Below, piece by piece: positions 49,340-62,269 of a stretch of 64,000 bases of DNA. The DNA is taken from assembly GCF_036365525.1 (NCBI RefSeq), contig NW_027142279.1, positions 744,001 to 808,000 on the forward strand, read 5' to 3'. The notes beneath the pieces were generated by a model, which searched no databases, was not told the DNA's origin, and saw nothing but the letters and a program-made list of their open reading frames with translations. Each line of letters starts with the position of its first letter. Position 1 is the first letter of the stretch. A program made the translations under genes and the position numbers. The DNA is from Heterodontus francisci (Eukaryota).

Positions 49340-50490
49340 ACCAGTCTAACAACTCAGCTTGTCCCATTCCCCGGCCTTTTCCCTGTAGTCCTGTAAATTT
49401 TTGTTTCTCTTCAGGTAATTATCCTGGACCTCGATTGACTCTATCTCCATCGCACTGTCAGGCAGTGCATCGCAGATCATAACACTCACTGTGTTGAAAA
49501 GGGTTTTCCCCTGTCACGTTTGTTTGTTTGGGTTTTTTTGCCGTTTACCTTAAACTGGTGTCCCCTGGTTCTCCAGACTTCTGCCAATGAGAACAGATTC
49601 TCTCTATCTACTCTGTCCGCACCCCTCATGATTTGGAACAACCCTATCAAGTCTAATCTCAAGTTTCTCTTCTCTATGGAGAACCACCCCAGCTTCTCCA
49701 ATCTATCCACGTAACTGAAGCCCCCTCATCTCTGGAACCAATCTCTTAAAACATTTCTGCACCCTTTACATCCTTCTTAAAGTGTGGTGTCCAGAATTGG
49801 GTGTAATATTCCAGTTGAGGTAGAACCCGTGTTATGTAGAAGTTCGCCATAACCTCTTTGTTTTTCTTTTTAATTTGATGCCTCGATTGATAAAGCCCAG
49901 GATTCAGTCGGCCTTATTAACCACTTCCTCAACTTGCCCTGTCATCTTGAGTAATTTACATTGATATACCCCCCAGGTCTCTCTGTTCCTGCACCACCTT
50001 TAGAATTGTATCCTTTATTTGAGATTGTCTCTCCTCGTTTTCACCACCAAAATGAAACACTTCACACTTTTATGTAATAAACTGCATTTGCTATTTGCCC
50101 GCCCATTCCACCAGCCATTCTACATCCTCTTAAAATCTATCACCATCCTCCTCACGGTTCATAATACTTCCACGTTTTGTGTCATCTGCAAAGTTTGAAA
50201 TTGTGCCCTGCCCACCCAAGTCTAGGTCATTAATATCGATCAAGAAAAACAGTGGCCCCTGGAGAACCGCACTATATACCTTCCTCCAGTCTGAACAACA
50301 ACTGTTTACCACTACTCTGCTCCCTGTCACTTTGTATCCATGTTGCTAATGCCCCTTTTATTCCATGGGCTTTATCTTTGCTGACAAGCCTGTTATGTAG
50401 TACTTTAACAAACGCTTTTTTTGAAGTTCATGTGCCCCACATCAACCGCATTACCCTCATTAACCCTCTCTGTTACCTCATCAAAAAATG
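49340..50490 (-). mobile_element. CR1-type LINE RT/3' fragment
   Basis: Minus ORFs with INDLDLGGQGTISNFADDTK and DRLEKLGWFSIEKRNLRLDL. Confidence 0.85.
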
Positions 50491-50629
50491 TGTATCCGAC
50501 TCTTGGTTTTCTGATTCGTCTACAGAGTGCTGGCTGTTTCAAAAGGCCGTGTAGTATTCATCATCTCTGCAGATGGGAGAACCTCAAAGTATCCTGTGTG
50601 ACTGACCACTTCCTCTGATGTGTCTGTAT

Positions 50630-50950
50630 ATATCAGCCGTAGTTTAGTGGGGAGCACCTCGGCACTGAGTCGGAGGTTTGTGGGTTGAAGACCCTGTACA
50701 GAGATTTAAGCACAAAATCTAGGCTGACACCCCCAGTGCAGGACAGAGAAAGTGCTGCACCGTGTGGAGGTGTCGCACCGAGTTACTCTCTTTATTTTGG
50801 CTGAGATGTTAAAACGAGGCCCCCACTGCAGACGGGTAGGATTCCATAGCCACTATTTCGGAGAATAACAGGGGCATTCTCCAGGGTTTCCAGGCACAAT
50901 AGTCATCCCTCAACCAACTTTACTAAAACATATTATCTGGTCATTCTCAG
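50630..50950 (+). mobile_element. Degenerate SINE (Deu/SINE3-like); related copy at ~9130-9330
   Basis: gcacaaaatctaggctgacacccccagtgca...gtgctgcac and ccctcaaccaac...attatctggtcatt motifs. Confidence 0.5.
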
Positions 50951-51034
50951 TTGGCGCAGTACTACGCAGAACCCGGGGCTGCAAATCGAGTTCGATCAGA
51001 TGTCAGACAATGAATTTCCATTCAGCGAGTGATC

Positions 51035-51050
51035 GCGCCCTCTGGCGGCC
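51035..51050 (-). promoter_or_regulatory. Strong CTCF motif in the V-D interval
   Basis: Minus strand GGCCGCCAGAGGGCGC closely matches the CTCF core and retains CpGs in a CpG-poor region. Confidence 0.7.
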
Positions 51051-54000
51051 GCAGAGGCAATACGATGGAGCCTGAATGATTTTCATCACCATTTACCATT
51101 TGGATCATTCATCTGGCGTTACCGAGTCGCAGCCGGAGTATGATCAATGCTACCTACTTCCAGTGAGACGTAGGATTATTTATTGCCATGTGCAAAGATA
51201 ACCAGATGGTGACAAGTGGAGCAAAACTCCCCCCCTCCCTCCACCCACCCCTCCGCTACCAATATTGGATCTAAGATGCATCAGTTGGAATTCATTCCTG
51301 GTTATGTGAATTCACCTCACATTGGTATTTCGAGACAGGGTGCCGACCGGGAGTTTTATAACGCTGCTTGATCTTGGAGCCTGCAAGTAAAGGGTTACTA
51401 TCTTGTTGGCACGTGGAAAAGACTTCTGATCTGCATCCCTGCAATTTTGCTTCAATAATTAGAGAGCACATTAGCTCAGGAACTCACTTTCGACTTCACT
51501 CGCATAATGCAGGTTGGAAATGTGAACAGCATCACTAATCCGTAAAGACTGGGGGAAATCTTAGCGCCGGGAGCCCATTAAAAGTCTTCCACTTAATAAA
51601 AGCCAAGAAAAAGAAATGACGGCATGTTGTAGATTTCGGGAACTCCAGTCCAATCTGAAAATATCTGGGGCTGTAGCAAAAGTGGTCGAGCAACAGGGTG
51701 AGTAATTTCAATAGCAACATTCTTCTCATTATTGATACTGCAAGAGGGACTCGTGTATATGAACCAGAATAATTTTACATCAATGTACAGCAAGGAATTA
51801 GGAAGGCGAGTAACATGTTAGCTTTTATTATAAGGCGTTTGAAACATAAGAGTAAGAAAATTCTTCTGCAGCTAGTTAGGACTTTGGTAACAACACACCT
51901 ATAGTGTTGTATAGAGTGTTGCTTTCCTTATCTACTGAAGCATGTATTTGCCTCAGCGGAGGTTGCAACGAAGGTTCACTCAATTGGTTCCTCGGAGGAG
52001 AAGGCTGCCCAATGAGGAGAAATTGAGTCGAATGGGCTGTTACTCGCTGGAAGAATCAGAGGTGATCCATTTGAAACGTACAAGATGATGAGAGGGTTTG
52101 ACAGGGGACACACTGAGAGGCTGTTTCCCCCCTGGCTGGAGAACCTAGAAATAAGGGGTCGAAGCTTCAGGATAAGGGGTCGTCTATCGTACTTAGATGA
52201 GGAGGAATGTCTTCACTCAGAGGGTTATGACTCTTTGGAATTCGGAGAGCTTTGGATTCTCAGTCAATGAAAATATTGAAGACATGAGATCCATAGATTT
52301 TAGGCACCAAGGGAATCCAGGGATGTAGGAATATGGCGGGGAAGTGGAGTGAAGGTAGCAGATCCTCAAGATCTTCATTACGTGGAGGAGCAGACACGGC
52401 GGGCCGAATGGCTTACTCCTGCTCCTATTTTCTCATGTTCTGATGTAAGTGGTTCCTGCGCGTTTGCAGTGTCAGGTCATTGTGTCATCACAGCACATAC
52501 GGTCTAAAATATTATCTTTCTCTTCCGGTCTATCCCGTGTTTCACTTGACCATGAAGTCTCGTCATGGCAAACCCTGAAGCCAGTTACAGGCCAACAGAT
52601 CTTGATAAGGGAAGTTTGTAGATTTCAGTGCAATTTCCAGGCAATCGGAATGAATTATAATCAGAGCAGAGAAAGTTAAGGGACCCAGAGGAAGGTGGTG
52701 TTGGAAATCAGGAAGGGTTTTGATAAATTGAACAGAGCGAAGCTGTTTTCTGTGGCAGGAAGGTCGCTAACCAGGGAGGCGCTGATTTAGGGTCAGTGGC
52801 AAAAGAAGCAGAAGCAGGACGAGGAGAAAGATTCTGACTGGGACGGGTATTAATGATCTGGAACACATCACCTGAAAGGGCAGTGGAATGGGATTCAGCT
52901 TTCAAAAGGGAATTGGATAGATCCTTGGAGCAGACGATTTCCAGGGCAAGGGCAAAAGGGCAGGAGAGTGGGACTAACTGGATAGATATTTTCACAAAAG
53001 CAAGCAGAGGCGGGAAGATCTCCTTTCTGTTGAATCTTTCTGTGATGCTAAAATGTGGACAGATCAGAAAGGAACAACTTGACATCATTGCCTTTATTTA
53101 AGAAAAGTAAAACTATTCTCCACCCTTTGGCATATGAAACGTGACAACAAAGATATTGGGAGTCTGTGAACCTTATCTGTTATCTCTATGGGTGCATTCT
53201 CACTGCAGACAGGGTTCCAGTCAAGCAAACCCTACTTATATGGCTGTGTTGGAGTAGGAACTGCCCTGGGACAAATTCCTCCCGGTACACCAGGGAATTC
53301 TGTCAAGAGCAGGCTGGTTATCATCTCAACAGGTCAGTGTTGAAGAGGTTTAACATGACATGTGGAAGTATGTCAATGAGACACCGGTCATTCTTTTTTC
53401 AATAGGGGCCCGAAGACTGTCTTCGCCCCTGGTATTGATCCATCCATATCCAGATTTGATAGATTTGCTTCAGTGAGGAACCGTTTTGGGATGCAGTCGA
53501 TGATTAAGTGGAGACATGACATGTGACAAGAGCTGCCAGCTTGGGAGGAACAGGAACTTTGGGCCTGGCATTTTGGTGCATTCCCCGCCTCATGTCTGGG
53601 CCCTGTTGTGGATCAAGTCACCGCAATTGGTTTATTTCTGTTCATTTACGGGATGAGGGCTGGCGAGGGCTACGTTTATTCCCAGGTCTAAAAGCTCTGA
53701 AGCAGACTTCTTCTTGAATGCAACTCCGTGGCTGACTAGGCCCATTCCTCAGGGCAGTTAAGGGTGAACAGCACTGCTGCCGGGGTCTGGAGTCACTGAG
53801 AGTTCAGACTGGGTGAGGGAGGCAACATTCCTTCCCTAAAGGATATCACTGAACCAGGTGGCTCTTTCCGCCAATCCAGCAGCTTTATGCTGAGCATCAT
53901 TGCTGGAATACAACTACTGTTACAAAGGCTGCCATCATCAACAACGAAATTATTGGTCGACAAGGATGTCAGAAGGTGAACGAGGTGTCCTGGCTATTTT

Positions 54001-54439
54001 GGCATCTGGCAAAGGCTGCGTTCCGAAGCCTGCCTCTTCAGAATGCAGCCTTCCATACCAGTGCCCTGTTTAGCTTAGTGATAAAACCCAACACCGTTTA
54101 ATTCAGAGAGTACAGATCTGAGAGATGCCGGATAAACCTTATTCTTGAGATTCACTGTGACACCAGTGACAGTCTCAGTCAGCTCGATGGACCCTCCACC
54201 AGTTGGACCGTGTTTCAGCTGAAAGCCCGGCGCCAGCGCCTGGGAGTTCCTGCTGCGAATTCGTTAGACCAAAGTACGTGAATTGAATGCAGTTATGAGA
54301 CAGTGCACTCCAGGAAGGTGGTGATTGCTCTACCTGGGGATATCGGAATATAATTTCTGAAAATGAGATGGATAAGTTAGCGGTTTGTCAATAAAAAAGA
54401 TACTGATACGCAGATTAACCACAAGCATTATTCATGGTT

Positions 54440-55095
54440 GGCGCTGGACAGGTTGAGAGAGCAGTTAATAAAGCATACAGTATCCTGGGCTTTATTAAAA
54501 GGGGCAGAGAGTACAAGAGCATGGAAGTAAGTTGAACTTGTACAAGACACTAGTTCAGCCTCAGCTGGAGTATTGTGTCCAGTTCTGGCACTTGAGGAAA
54601 GAAATGAAAGAATTGGAGAGAGTGAGGGAAAGATTCAGGAGAATGGTTCCACGGGTGAGGGACCTCAGTTATGATGATAGATTGGAGAAGTTGGGATTGT
54701 TTTCCTTGGAGGAGAGAAGGCTGAGAGGTGATTTGATAGAGGGATTCAAAATCATGAGGTGTCGGGACAGAACAGATAGAGAGAAACTGCTCCCACTCGT
54801 GAAAGGATGGAGAATGAGAGGGCACAGATTTAAACTAATTGGAAAAAGAAGTAAAAGTGACATGAGGAAAAAATTGTTTCACACAGCGAGTGGTTAATGT
54901 CTGGAGTGCAGGCCCAGAGAGTATGATGAGGGCACGTTCAATCGGGGCATTCAAAAGGGACTTATGAAAAAGGAAGACTGTGCAGGGTTACGGGAAGAAG
55001 GCGGGGGAATGGGACAAAGTGAATTGCTCATTCGGAGGGCCAGTTCTGACACGATGGGCCGAATGGCCTCCTGTACTGTACCAATTCTCTGATTC
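54440..55095 (+). mobile_element. CR1-type LINE 3' fragment
   Basis: LYKTLVQPQLEYCVQFW...LEKLGLFSLEERRLRGDLIE. Confidence 0.88.
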
Positions 55096-55852
55096 TGTGA
55101 TGAGGAATGTCGATGATAAGTGGCAGTAACTTGATTGCTAACCAGATGATCAAAATTGGGTAAAATTTGTGATAAACACAACAATGGTCAGTTTAAACGG
55201 TACAGGGTGATATTCTAAGACAATAACATGTATCTATCCATCGGAACTTTGATAGTTCTGTCTTTCAGCAGAACCAAGCCATCTATTTATCACTTTAAGA
55301 GCTGCTTGCAAGCTGAAAGATAGAGATGCAGACTCACACAGACAATACCAGCACAGCTGAAGAGATTTTTCTTTTAACTTGTTGAGTTATTTTGATCAGG
55401 AATGCGATGCCTGAAAGGATGGAGGAAGCAGATTCAGCAGTAACTTGGAAAGGAGATTGGGAAATATATTTGAACAGGAAATATCTGCCGCCCATTGAGG
55501 AAAGAGCAGGAGAGTGGGATGAAATAAGTAGATCTTCCGAAGTGATGGCACAGGAACGATGGGCCGAATTGCCTCCTCTGTCCTGTATGATTGTCCAATT
55601 CTTTGCAGATTATTTCATCCGCTTTGGAAAGTACTGAAGTGTGGAACTGGATTTTGAGCTGTCTCTCTGGGAGCACTGAGAAACTATTGGATTATTTCAA
55701 CACTCTGAAAGTTGATGGAAAACTCTGCAAAGTTTCATCAATGAACAGCTGACTTTATGAACTCTGCTTCCTTGAGTTTTCCTCTCTAACACTCACAGTA
55801 TAAGAGGGTGGTATGTTTTTGACGCAGCCCTGCTCCTGTTTGAATCACTGTG

Positions 55853-56154
55853 ATCACTAGCAGCACAGTAATACACCGCCCTGTCAGTCTGATCCACCCT
55901 CAGTATTTTCAGGCTGCAGGTTTTAAGATCGGGTCTGGTGGCTTTAAATCTCTCCTTGAAACCGTCTTCAGGCGTTGAATCAGAGGTACCAACCGAGGTC
56001 ACTATGAGCTGCAACCCTGCTCCGCTGTGCTGGCGATACCAGTACATGTAGTTATAGTCGGTGTCATTCTGGAAACAGTGCATTTCCGCCGTTTTCCCCT
56101 CTGCGACCGTCAGCCGGTCCCCCCACTGGGTAATGAGAGCGCTCCTGGACCGGG
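55853..56154 (-). CDS. TRBV: Vβ (D-proximal) V exon: ALITQWGD...MHC...MYWYRQ...DRAVYYCAASD
   Basis: Ig V domain with both Cys and WYRQ; acceptor ccacag|; 23-RSS CACAGTG (55846-55852)-23-TCAAAAACA (55814-55822). Confidence 0.97.
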
Positions 56155-56467
56155 CTGTGGAGGAACAAGAGAAACAGATCGGGTCAAAGAGAACAGACAC
56201 AATGAGGAGAGAGACAGAGCTTTAATGGTAAACCTCCCAATGCACACTACAGTCGATCAGCCCGCTGACGCCCCAGCACAGGCTCATGTGCTAATACCCA
56301 GAATCGCTGAGCACAACTGCAGCGGCGCTAAATAACGACACTTGTCCTCAACAGCAAAACCAAACCAGTAAATCTCTAACTGATTGGAGCCCTTCGATAT
56401 CAGCAGGAATTGTGTCTCAAAGCTGATTAACTGGGGCCTGAATTTCCCTCCAAGTAGGAGCAGTAAC

Positions 56468-56513
56468 CTGGGAGCAGCAGAAACAGTAGATGGAGGTAAA
56501 CAGTACACAGCAT
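56468..56513 (-). CDS. TRBV: Leader exon of D-proximal Vβ (MLCTVYLHLLFLLLP)
   Basis: ATG, hydrophobic 15 codons + 1 nt, GT donor, phase matches the V exon. Confidence 0.85.
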
Positions 56514-56789
56514 GATGCAGGAATGTGAACCCTTCTTTCAACCTTCCAGCTTGGTCCAGCTCTCACACACACTGCAGTCCTATTGGTGCACAGCCTGCTT
56601 TTGTGATGCAGTGTGGAAGTGACTCCATTGCAATGTCAACCAATAGAACTTCCCTTGTGTATCCAACAAAGAAGGTGGTTCTTTCACCTGTGTGGGTGTA
56701 GGAATTAGAATGACACAAGATTGACTTGCAAAGTCCCATCTATTGCAGGGTTTGGGGATGTTCATAAAGATTGGAATGATTGACATATA

Positions 56790-57760
56790 TACCAACTTGA
56801 TTGTATTTTTCGAGGAGGTGACTTGATGTGTAGATGAGGGGTAAGTAGTTGATGTCGTCTACATGGAATTCAGTAAGGCTTTTGATAAAGCCCCACAAGA
56901 GAGATTGGTTAAGAAGCTAAGAGCACATGGGATCCAGGGCAATTTGGTAAATTGGATTCAAAATTGGCTTATTGGCAGGAGGCAGAGGGTAAAGGTCGAG
57001 GGTTGTTTTTGCGAGTGGGAGCCTGGGTGGTTGATGGTCGGCGCAGACTCAGTGGGCCGAAGGGCCTGTTTCGGTGCTGTAACTCTAATCAAATCTAATC
57101 TAATAATCTGTGACCAATGGTGTACCACAGGGATCTGTGCTGGGCCCTTGCTGTTTCTGGTGCAAATTAATGATTTTGATGTGAATATAGCAGGTATTAA
57201 ATATAAGTTCGCTGACAACATGAAAATTGTTGACGTTGTAAATAGTGAAGAGGGAAGCCTTAGATTTCAGGACGATATGGATGTACAGTTCTGGGCACCA
57301 CACGAAAGGAAAGATGTGATTGCACTGGAGAGGGTCTAGAGGAGATTCACCAGGATGTTGCATGGGATGGAACATTTCAGCTATGATGAGAGACTGAAAA
57401 GGCTAGGGTTGTTTTATACCCAGCAGAGGAGGCTGAGGGGGGACCTGATTGAGGTATACAAAATTGTGAGGTGCACTGATAGGTCAGATAGGAAGATTTT
57501 TTTCCCTTTATAGGAGGGGCAATAACCAGGGCATAGATTTAAGGTAAGAGGCAGGAGGTTTAGAGGGAATTTGAGGAAAAAAATTTTCAACCAGAGGGTG
57601 GTTGGAATCTGGAACGCTCTGCCAAAAGAGGTGGTAGAGGCAGGAAGCATCACAACATTTAAGAAATATTTAGATGAGCACTTGAAACGCCATAGCATAC
57701 AAGACTACGGGCCAAATGCTGGAAAATGGGGCGAGAATATTTAGGTGCTTGATGGCCGGC
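56790..57760 (+). mobile_element. CR1-type LINE RT fragment with an embedded SINE/LINE tail
   Basis: EFSKAFDKAPQERLVKKL...FADNMK...WAPHERKDVIALERV; insert at ~57020-57105 matches the 3' end of the 28479 SINE. Confidence 0.85.
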
Positions 57761-58885
57761 ACTATTCGGTAGATGCTCAGGCTTTTCAGAAGCAAGTGGG
57801 ACTCAGGCTGCGGTGGAACTCCATCCCCACCTCCTGGCTGTAACGTGTAACTACAGGCACCTGCGATTTGCACATTGCAATTGATAAAATAGGCATCATG
57901 AAGACATGCTTTGCAATTGCTCCATCTTCCTAATTTTTATCCATTGCTTCAGCTAGTGACGCTGGTGACATCGTATTAGATAGAATTTACAGCACATATT
58001 CAGGCTAGTCGGCCCGATGGGCCCATGTTTCAGACTAGTCTGGGGCAGATGGCAGTGTAGTTGTGATGTCACTGAGCTAGAAATCCAGAGGCCGGGGGGG
58101 GGTGGGGGGTGGTGGAGGGGGTGGGGGGAGGCGGATTCTCCAGGGGACATGCGTTCGAATCCCACCAGGTCAGATGGCAGAATTTAAATTCTGAATCTAA
58201 GGAATTCTGGAAAATCATAGCCAGCGCCTCCACTCTCTCTGCAGCTATCTCTTTTCGAACTCAAGTATGAAATCCATCTGTTCCAGGGGACTTGTCAGAT
58301 TTTAAGCCCTGAAGTTTCTCCAAGACTTTTTCTCAATTGATATGAATATCCTTAATTTCCTCACTCTTCTTAGCCCCCACATTACTGTCTATTTCTGGGA
58401 TGGAACTTGTGTCTTCTACTGTGAAGACAGGCACAAAATATTAGTTCAATGCCCCTGCCATTTCCCCATTCCCCATGATAATTATTCCTGTCTTTACCTC
58501 TAAGGAACCAACGTCAACTTTAGCTACTCTCTTGCTTTTTATGTAAAAGCTCCTACCATCTGTTTTTATATTGCTGGTTAGTTTATTCTCATATTTTATT
58601 CCAACATCCGATGAAAGAACATAAACAATGTCTTCATCCAGCCCTATCAGTATGAGGTGCTATTTCCTGCTGCCTAATGTTTTTATCCAGCATCCATTTA
58701 CATATATCTGGTTGTGGGGAGTTAGAACATGGGAGTTCTGCGATTCGAACGGGCACTGAACAGATGCAGATCCGCATCCGATCACCCAGGGCTGCTCTTC
58801 ACCGAATGCTGGGTTAAATGCATCTGTTTGAAGGGAGACATGTGAGGGTTTTTGTCAAGGCAGCCAATGACTCTGAACCGCTGTG

Positions 58886-59194
58886 TCCCATCAGCAGCTG
58901 CACAGAAATACACCGCCTCGTCTTTGGCGTTCACACTCTCGATCGTCAGAGTGGATTTCTTATTTTCCAGAGTCCTCGTGATTGCAAATCCGCTCTTAAA
59001 TCCATCTTCATATTGAGGTTCACCTGCTGCTAATGTAAACCCGATTAACAGGAATCCTCTGCCGGGGGACTGACGATACCAGTACATGTTGTTGCGAACT
59101 GCTCCTTCCTGCAGACAGTTCATTTCCACGGGTCCTGGTTGTTTAACAGCCAGTGACTGAGGCCATTGATGTATCACATCACCCCGGCAAACAC
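58886..59194 (-). CDS. TRBV: Vβ V exon: DVIHQWPQ...MNC...MYWYRQ...DEAVYFCAAADG
   Basis: Canonical Cys/Trp; 23-RSS CACAGCG (58879-58885)-23-ACAAAAACC (58847-58855). Confidence 0.97.
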
Positions 59195-59573
59195 CTAGAA
59201 AGAGAAATTAGAGTGAATGAACTGGTATCGATGGAGTTACAATTGCGACGATGGACGTCGGTGTTGCACCGAATTAACGACGGAAATTCGGTCTGTGTCC
59301 TAATTTCCGACAAGAACCTGGATCTTTACAACTGTAAAATAGAATTGTGGAATCGACAAGCTTGCAAGTGGGTGCAATCATTAAAGTGTTAACATCATAT
59401 TAATAACACTTGTCTTCCCGAACTAGGGGACAGATTAATGAGTTCACTGTCTTATATGAAATAATCGATTACTGATTTAACAAGTCACCGCCACTCAGTT
59501 TTATTAAGATCATTAATCATCCCTTTCAGTTGATCAAATGTAGAAGAGTGATTGGGACAGAATTTTAACCTAC

Positions 59574-59619
59574 TCAGCGCCAGAATGGAAATAGCAAAGA
59601 GGATGAAACTGAAAAGCAT
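59574..59619 (-). CDS. TRBV: Leader exon (MLFSFILFAISILAL)
   Basis: 46 nt, GTAGG donor, phase 1. Confidence 0.88.
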
Positions 59620-60445
59620 GTTTGCGGTGGATCTGAGAGACTTTCTGCTGGTTACTCTGGGTTTTAAGGGAGGGAGAGAGCTGAGGTGTTGGCAGAGCGG
59701 ATCGTCATAAGAGGAAGTTATCTCAAGGCAATGATCCCCGCCCCTACCTTTAAGTTGTCCCCCATTCCTTTGTTTGCTTCCTTATGCCCCCGTTTCCCTC
59801 TTTGTTCTCTCCCCTTGCCTCCCCCCTCGTCACTTTCTGCTCCACTGTAAATATCCTCATTCTTATCTCTTTGTGAGCTTGCTTTCACACCGAAGCCAGG
59901 GGATCTCTGAAGGTAGCGAGGTGTTGGAGAAGGGGATTTGTCCCAATCCTTTCCCTCAGACAGCATAACGGCTCCCCACACTCCTCCTTCCACCCTTTCA
60001 GCTCTGCCCTTTAAACCCCCTTTTCACCCCTCTCCTCATGTACTTGTTAATATATAGAGGCAACAGTGAAGAGAGAGGCGAGACAATCATTGACATGGCA
60101 TTATTGATAACTCAAAATGAGTTGAACTCTTCTACATTTACAGAGAGTAGGTCGACTAATCGATGTGAATGGTATATCATTTATTTAACGTCATGAAGTA
60201 AAGAATAGAGGCAGGTAGGTTAGTGGATGATAGATCGATAGACAGGTTGCAGACAGGTGGATGAGTGAAATGTATGTACAGGTGCAGACAGACAGTTGTG
60301 TGTTTAGATAGACAGATTGATAAAGAGACATACAAGGAGACAGACAGACTCACAGGCAGACAGAGAGACAGATCACTCTGCCACAGTTAATTCCTGTCTC
60401 CTTTGGGGTTTTTGTTGAACTGCTGTATTTCTCTGAGTCACTGTG

Positions 60446-60744
60446 TAAACTCCAGGCACAGTAATACACGGCTGAGTGATTCTCCCACAGGCCGGAGGAC
60501 TCCAGGTAAAAGTGAGTGCTGTCAGGTCTCCTGGCGGTGAAACCGTCCACCTCACCGGAGGGGGTGACCATGTCGATGTATTTAGAATAGAAAAGGTCCT
60601 GAAGCTCACTGTCAGGGTGCCATCGGTACCAGTAGAAATACGAGTCAGCTGCTGCTTCAGTGCAAATGCACTCGATGCTGACTGGAGATCCCGGGGAATG
60701 GGATATAGAATGGGGAATCTGTTGGATCAGCACGGCTCTAACAT
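60446..60744 (-). CDS. TRBV: Vβ V exon: VLIQQIP...IEC...FYWYRW...SAVYYCAWSL
   Basis: Open Ig V domain; consensus 23-RSS CACAGTG (60439-60445)-23-ACAAAAACC (60407-60415). Confidence 0.96.
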
Positions 60745-61297
60745 CTGTAAAACACAAAGTGAGCAGAGAGGTGTTAAGAATGATACACCATGAAGGGGCA
60801 AATGAATGGAGAGGTGGGAGTGTGTGTGAGAGAGAGACAGAGAGAGAGAGATTCGTGCTATAAAGACAGAAAAATAGAGAGGGAGAAAGAGTGAGTGAGA
60901 GAAAATGAGACATGCAGAAAGAGAGAGAGAGAGAGTGAGAGAGAGCATGACAGAAAGTTAAAGGTAAAACCAAGGGTAATCGATCGAACAAAGAAAGGGA
61001 AAGAGTGAGAGAAAGAGAGAGAGAGAGGAAAGCAGACAGGGACAGGGAGAATGAGAAACGGACAAAAGGAGAGTCAGACTAGAAAAAGAAAGAAAAAAGA
61101 GGATAGGGAGAGAGAAAGTGTGAAAAAGATAGGAAGAAAAAGAGAGAGATAGACCGAGTGATATATAAACCGATGCAGAGAGAATCTACACAGCCAAACG
61201 GTGTTAATAAACCGAGGGGTGGGTTAAACCCCAAAGGGGACATTCGGGGAAGGATCAGTGAGGATCACTGACATCTCCCAGTTCAGTTCCACCTTAC

Positions 61298-61340
61298 CCC
61301 TTAACACCAGCAACACAACCCAGAGGTGAGACACAATCAT
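61298..61340 (-). CDS. TRBV: Leader exon (MIVSHLWVVLLVLR)
   Basis: 43 nt, GTAAG donor, phase 1. Confidence 0.85.
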
Positions 61341-61929
61341 CTCTGGAGGGAGACAGATCCATGTGTTCATTGTGTGAAATCACTGAGCTGTTTTATTGCA
61401 GAATATCTCAATGTTCTGAGTGGGATTTACTGTCCCCTCCTCCCCACTGTTAAATGGCCGTATGGGAGGAGCAAATCTCTTTGTACTTGTTCATTGTCTC
61501 CCACAAGGGGACTGTACTTTTCTGGGGCGGGGTTAAACCAGGACCTGAGTAATCGGCCGGGCTGTGTCCTCCCATTGATGGCGGGGTCTGGAGTTACTTT
61601 AACACTGCTGCAACTCAGAGGATCCCTCTGAGATAGCAGTGATGTGAGGGGAGGAAAGGGGAGTTACACTGTTTGTCTGACATCCCGATCTAACCAGTGA
61701 ATGGGAGATTTTACTCTGCACCTTATTGCTGGGTGATGGGTTTGCCTCTGTACCTATCCAATGCGTGATAGGCTTAATGCTGTATCGAATCGGTATGTGA
61801 TGGGATTGACTTTGTGGAAACATCCTCTGTAAATCTACCCTATCAATCAGTTCCATCATTTTATAGTATTCTAAGTGTGTCTCTCTGCTTCCCCCTGTCA
61901 CATTCGCCCAGTCTGAGCCCAGCCTGTTG

Positions 61930-62269
61930 TGAGGGTTTTTGTTTTAGGAAATTTAGGAAATTGGGTCTTTGACCGAATTTCCTACAAGAACCTGGATCTA
62001 TAAAACTGTAAAATAAACTAATGGAATCTACATGCTTGCAAGTGGGTGGAATAATTAAAGTGTTAACATCTTATTAGTAACACTTGGGCACCCAAACTAG
62101 GGAACAGGTTAAAGACTTCACTATCTGATATTAAATGATTGATTACTTATTGCACAGTTTTACTGAGATCATTAATCAGTTGATCAAATGTAGAAGAGTG
62201 ATTGGGACAGAATTTTAACCTACTCAGCGCCAGAAGGAAAATAGCAAAGGTGATGAAGTTGAAAGGCAT
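61930..62269 (-). pseudogene. TRBV: Vβ relic: intact leader MPFNFITFAIFLLAL (62224-62269), intron and nonamer; V exon deleted
   Basis: Homologous to 59280-59620; the intron abuts gtgagGGTTTTTGT at ~61930-61943. Confidence 0.8.

Noticed and set aside
51633-51705. Possible + strand exon (tgtag|...caacagg|gtgagt)
   Set aside because: The splice signals are plausible, but the peptide is unrecognisable and no partner exons were found. It would need RNA-seq support.
55793-61340. NAR-TCR or IgH-like V segments
   Set aside because: All three V have their own leader, 23-RSS and TCRβ-type features; no leaderless supporting V or VH motifs were seen.
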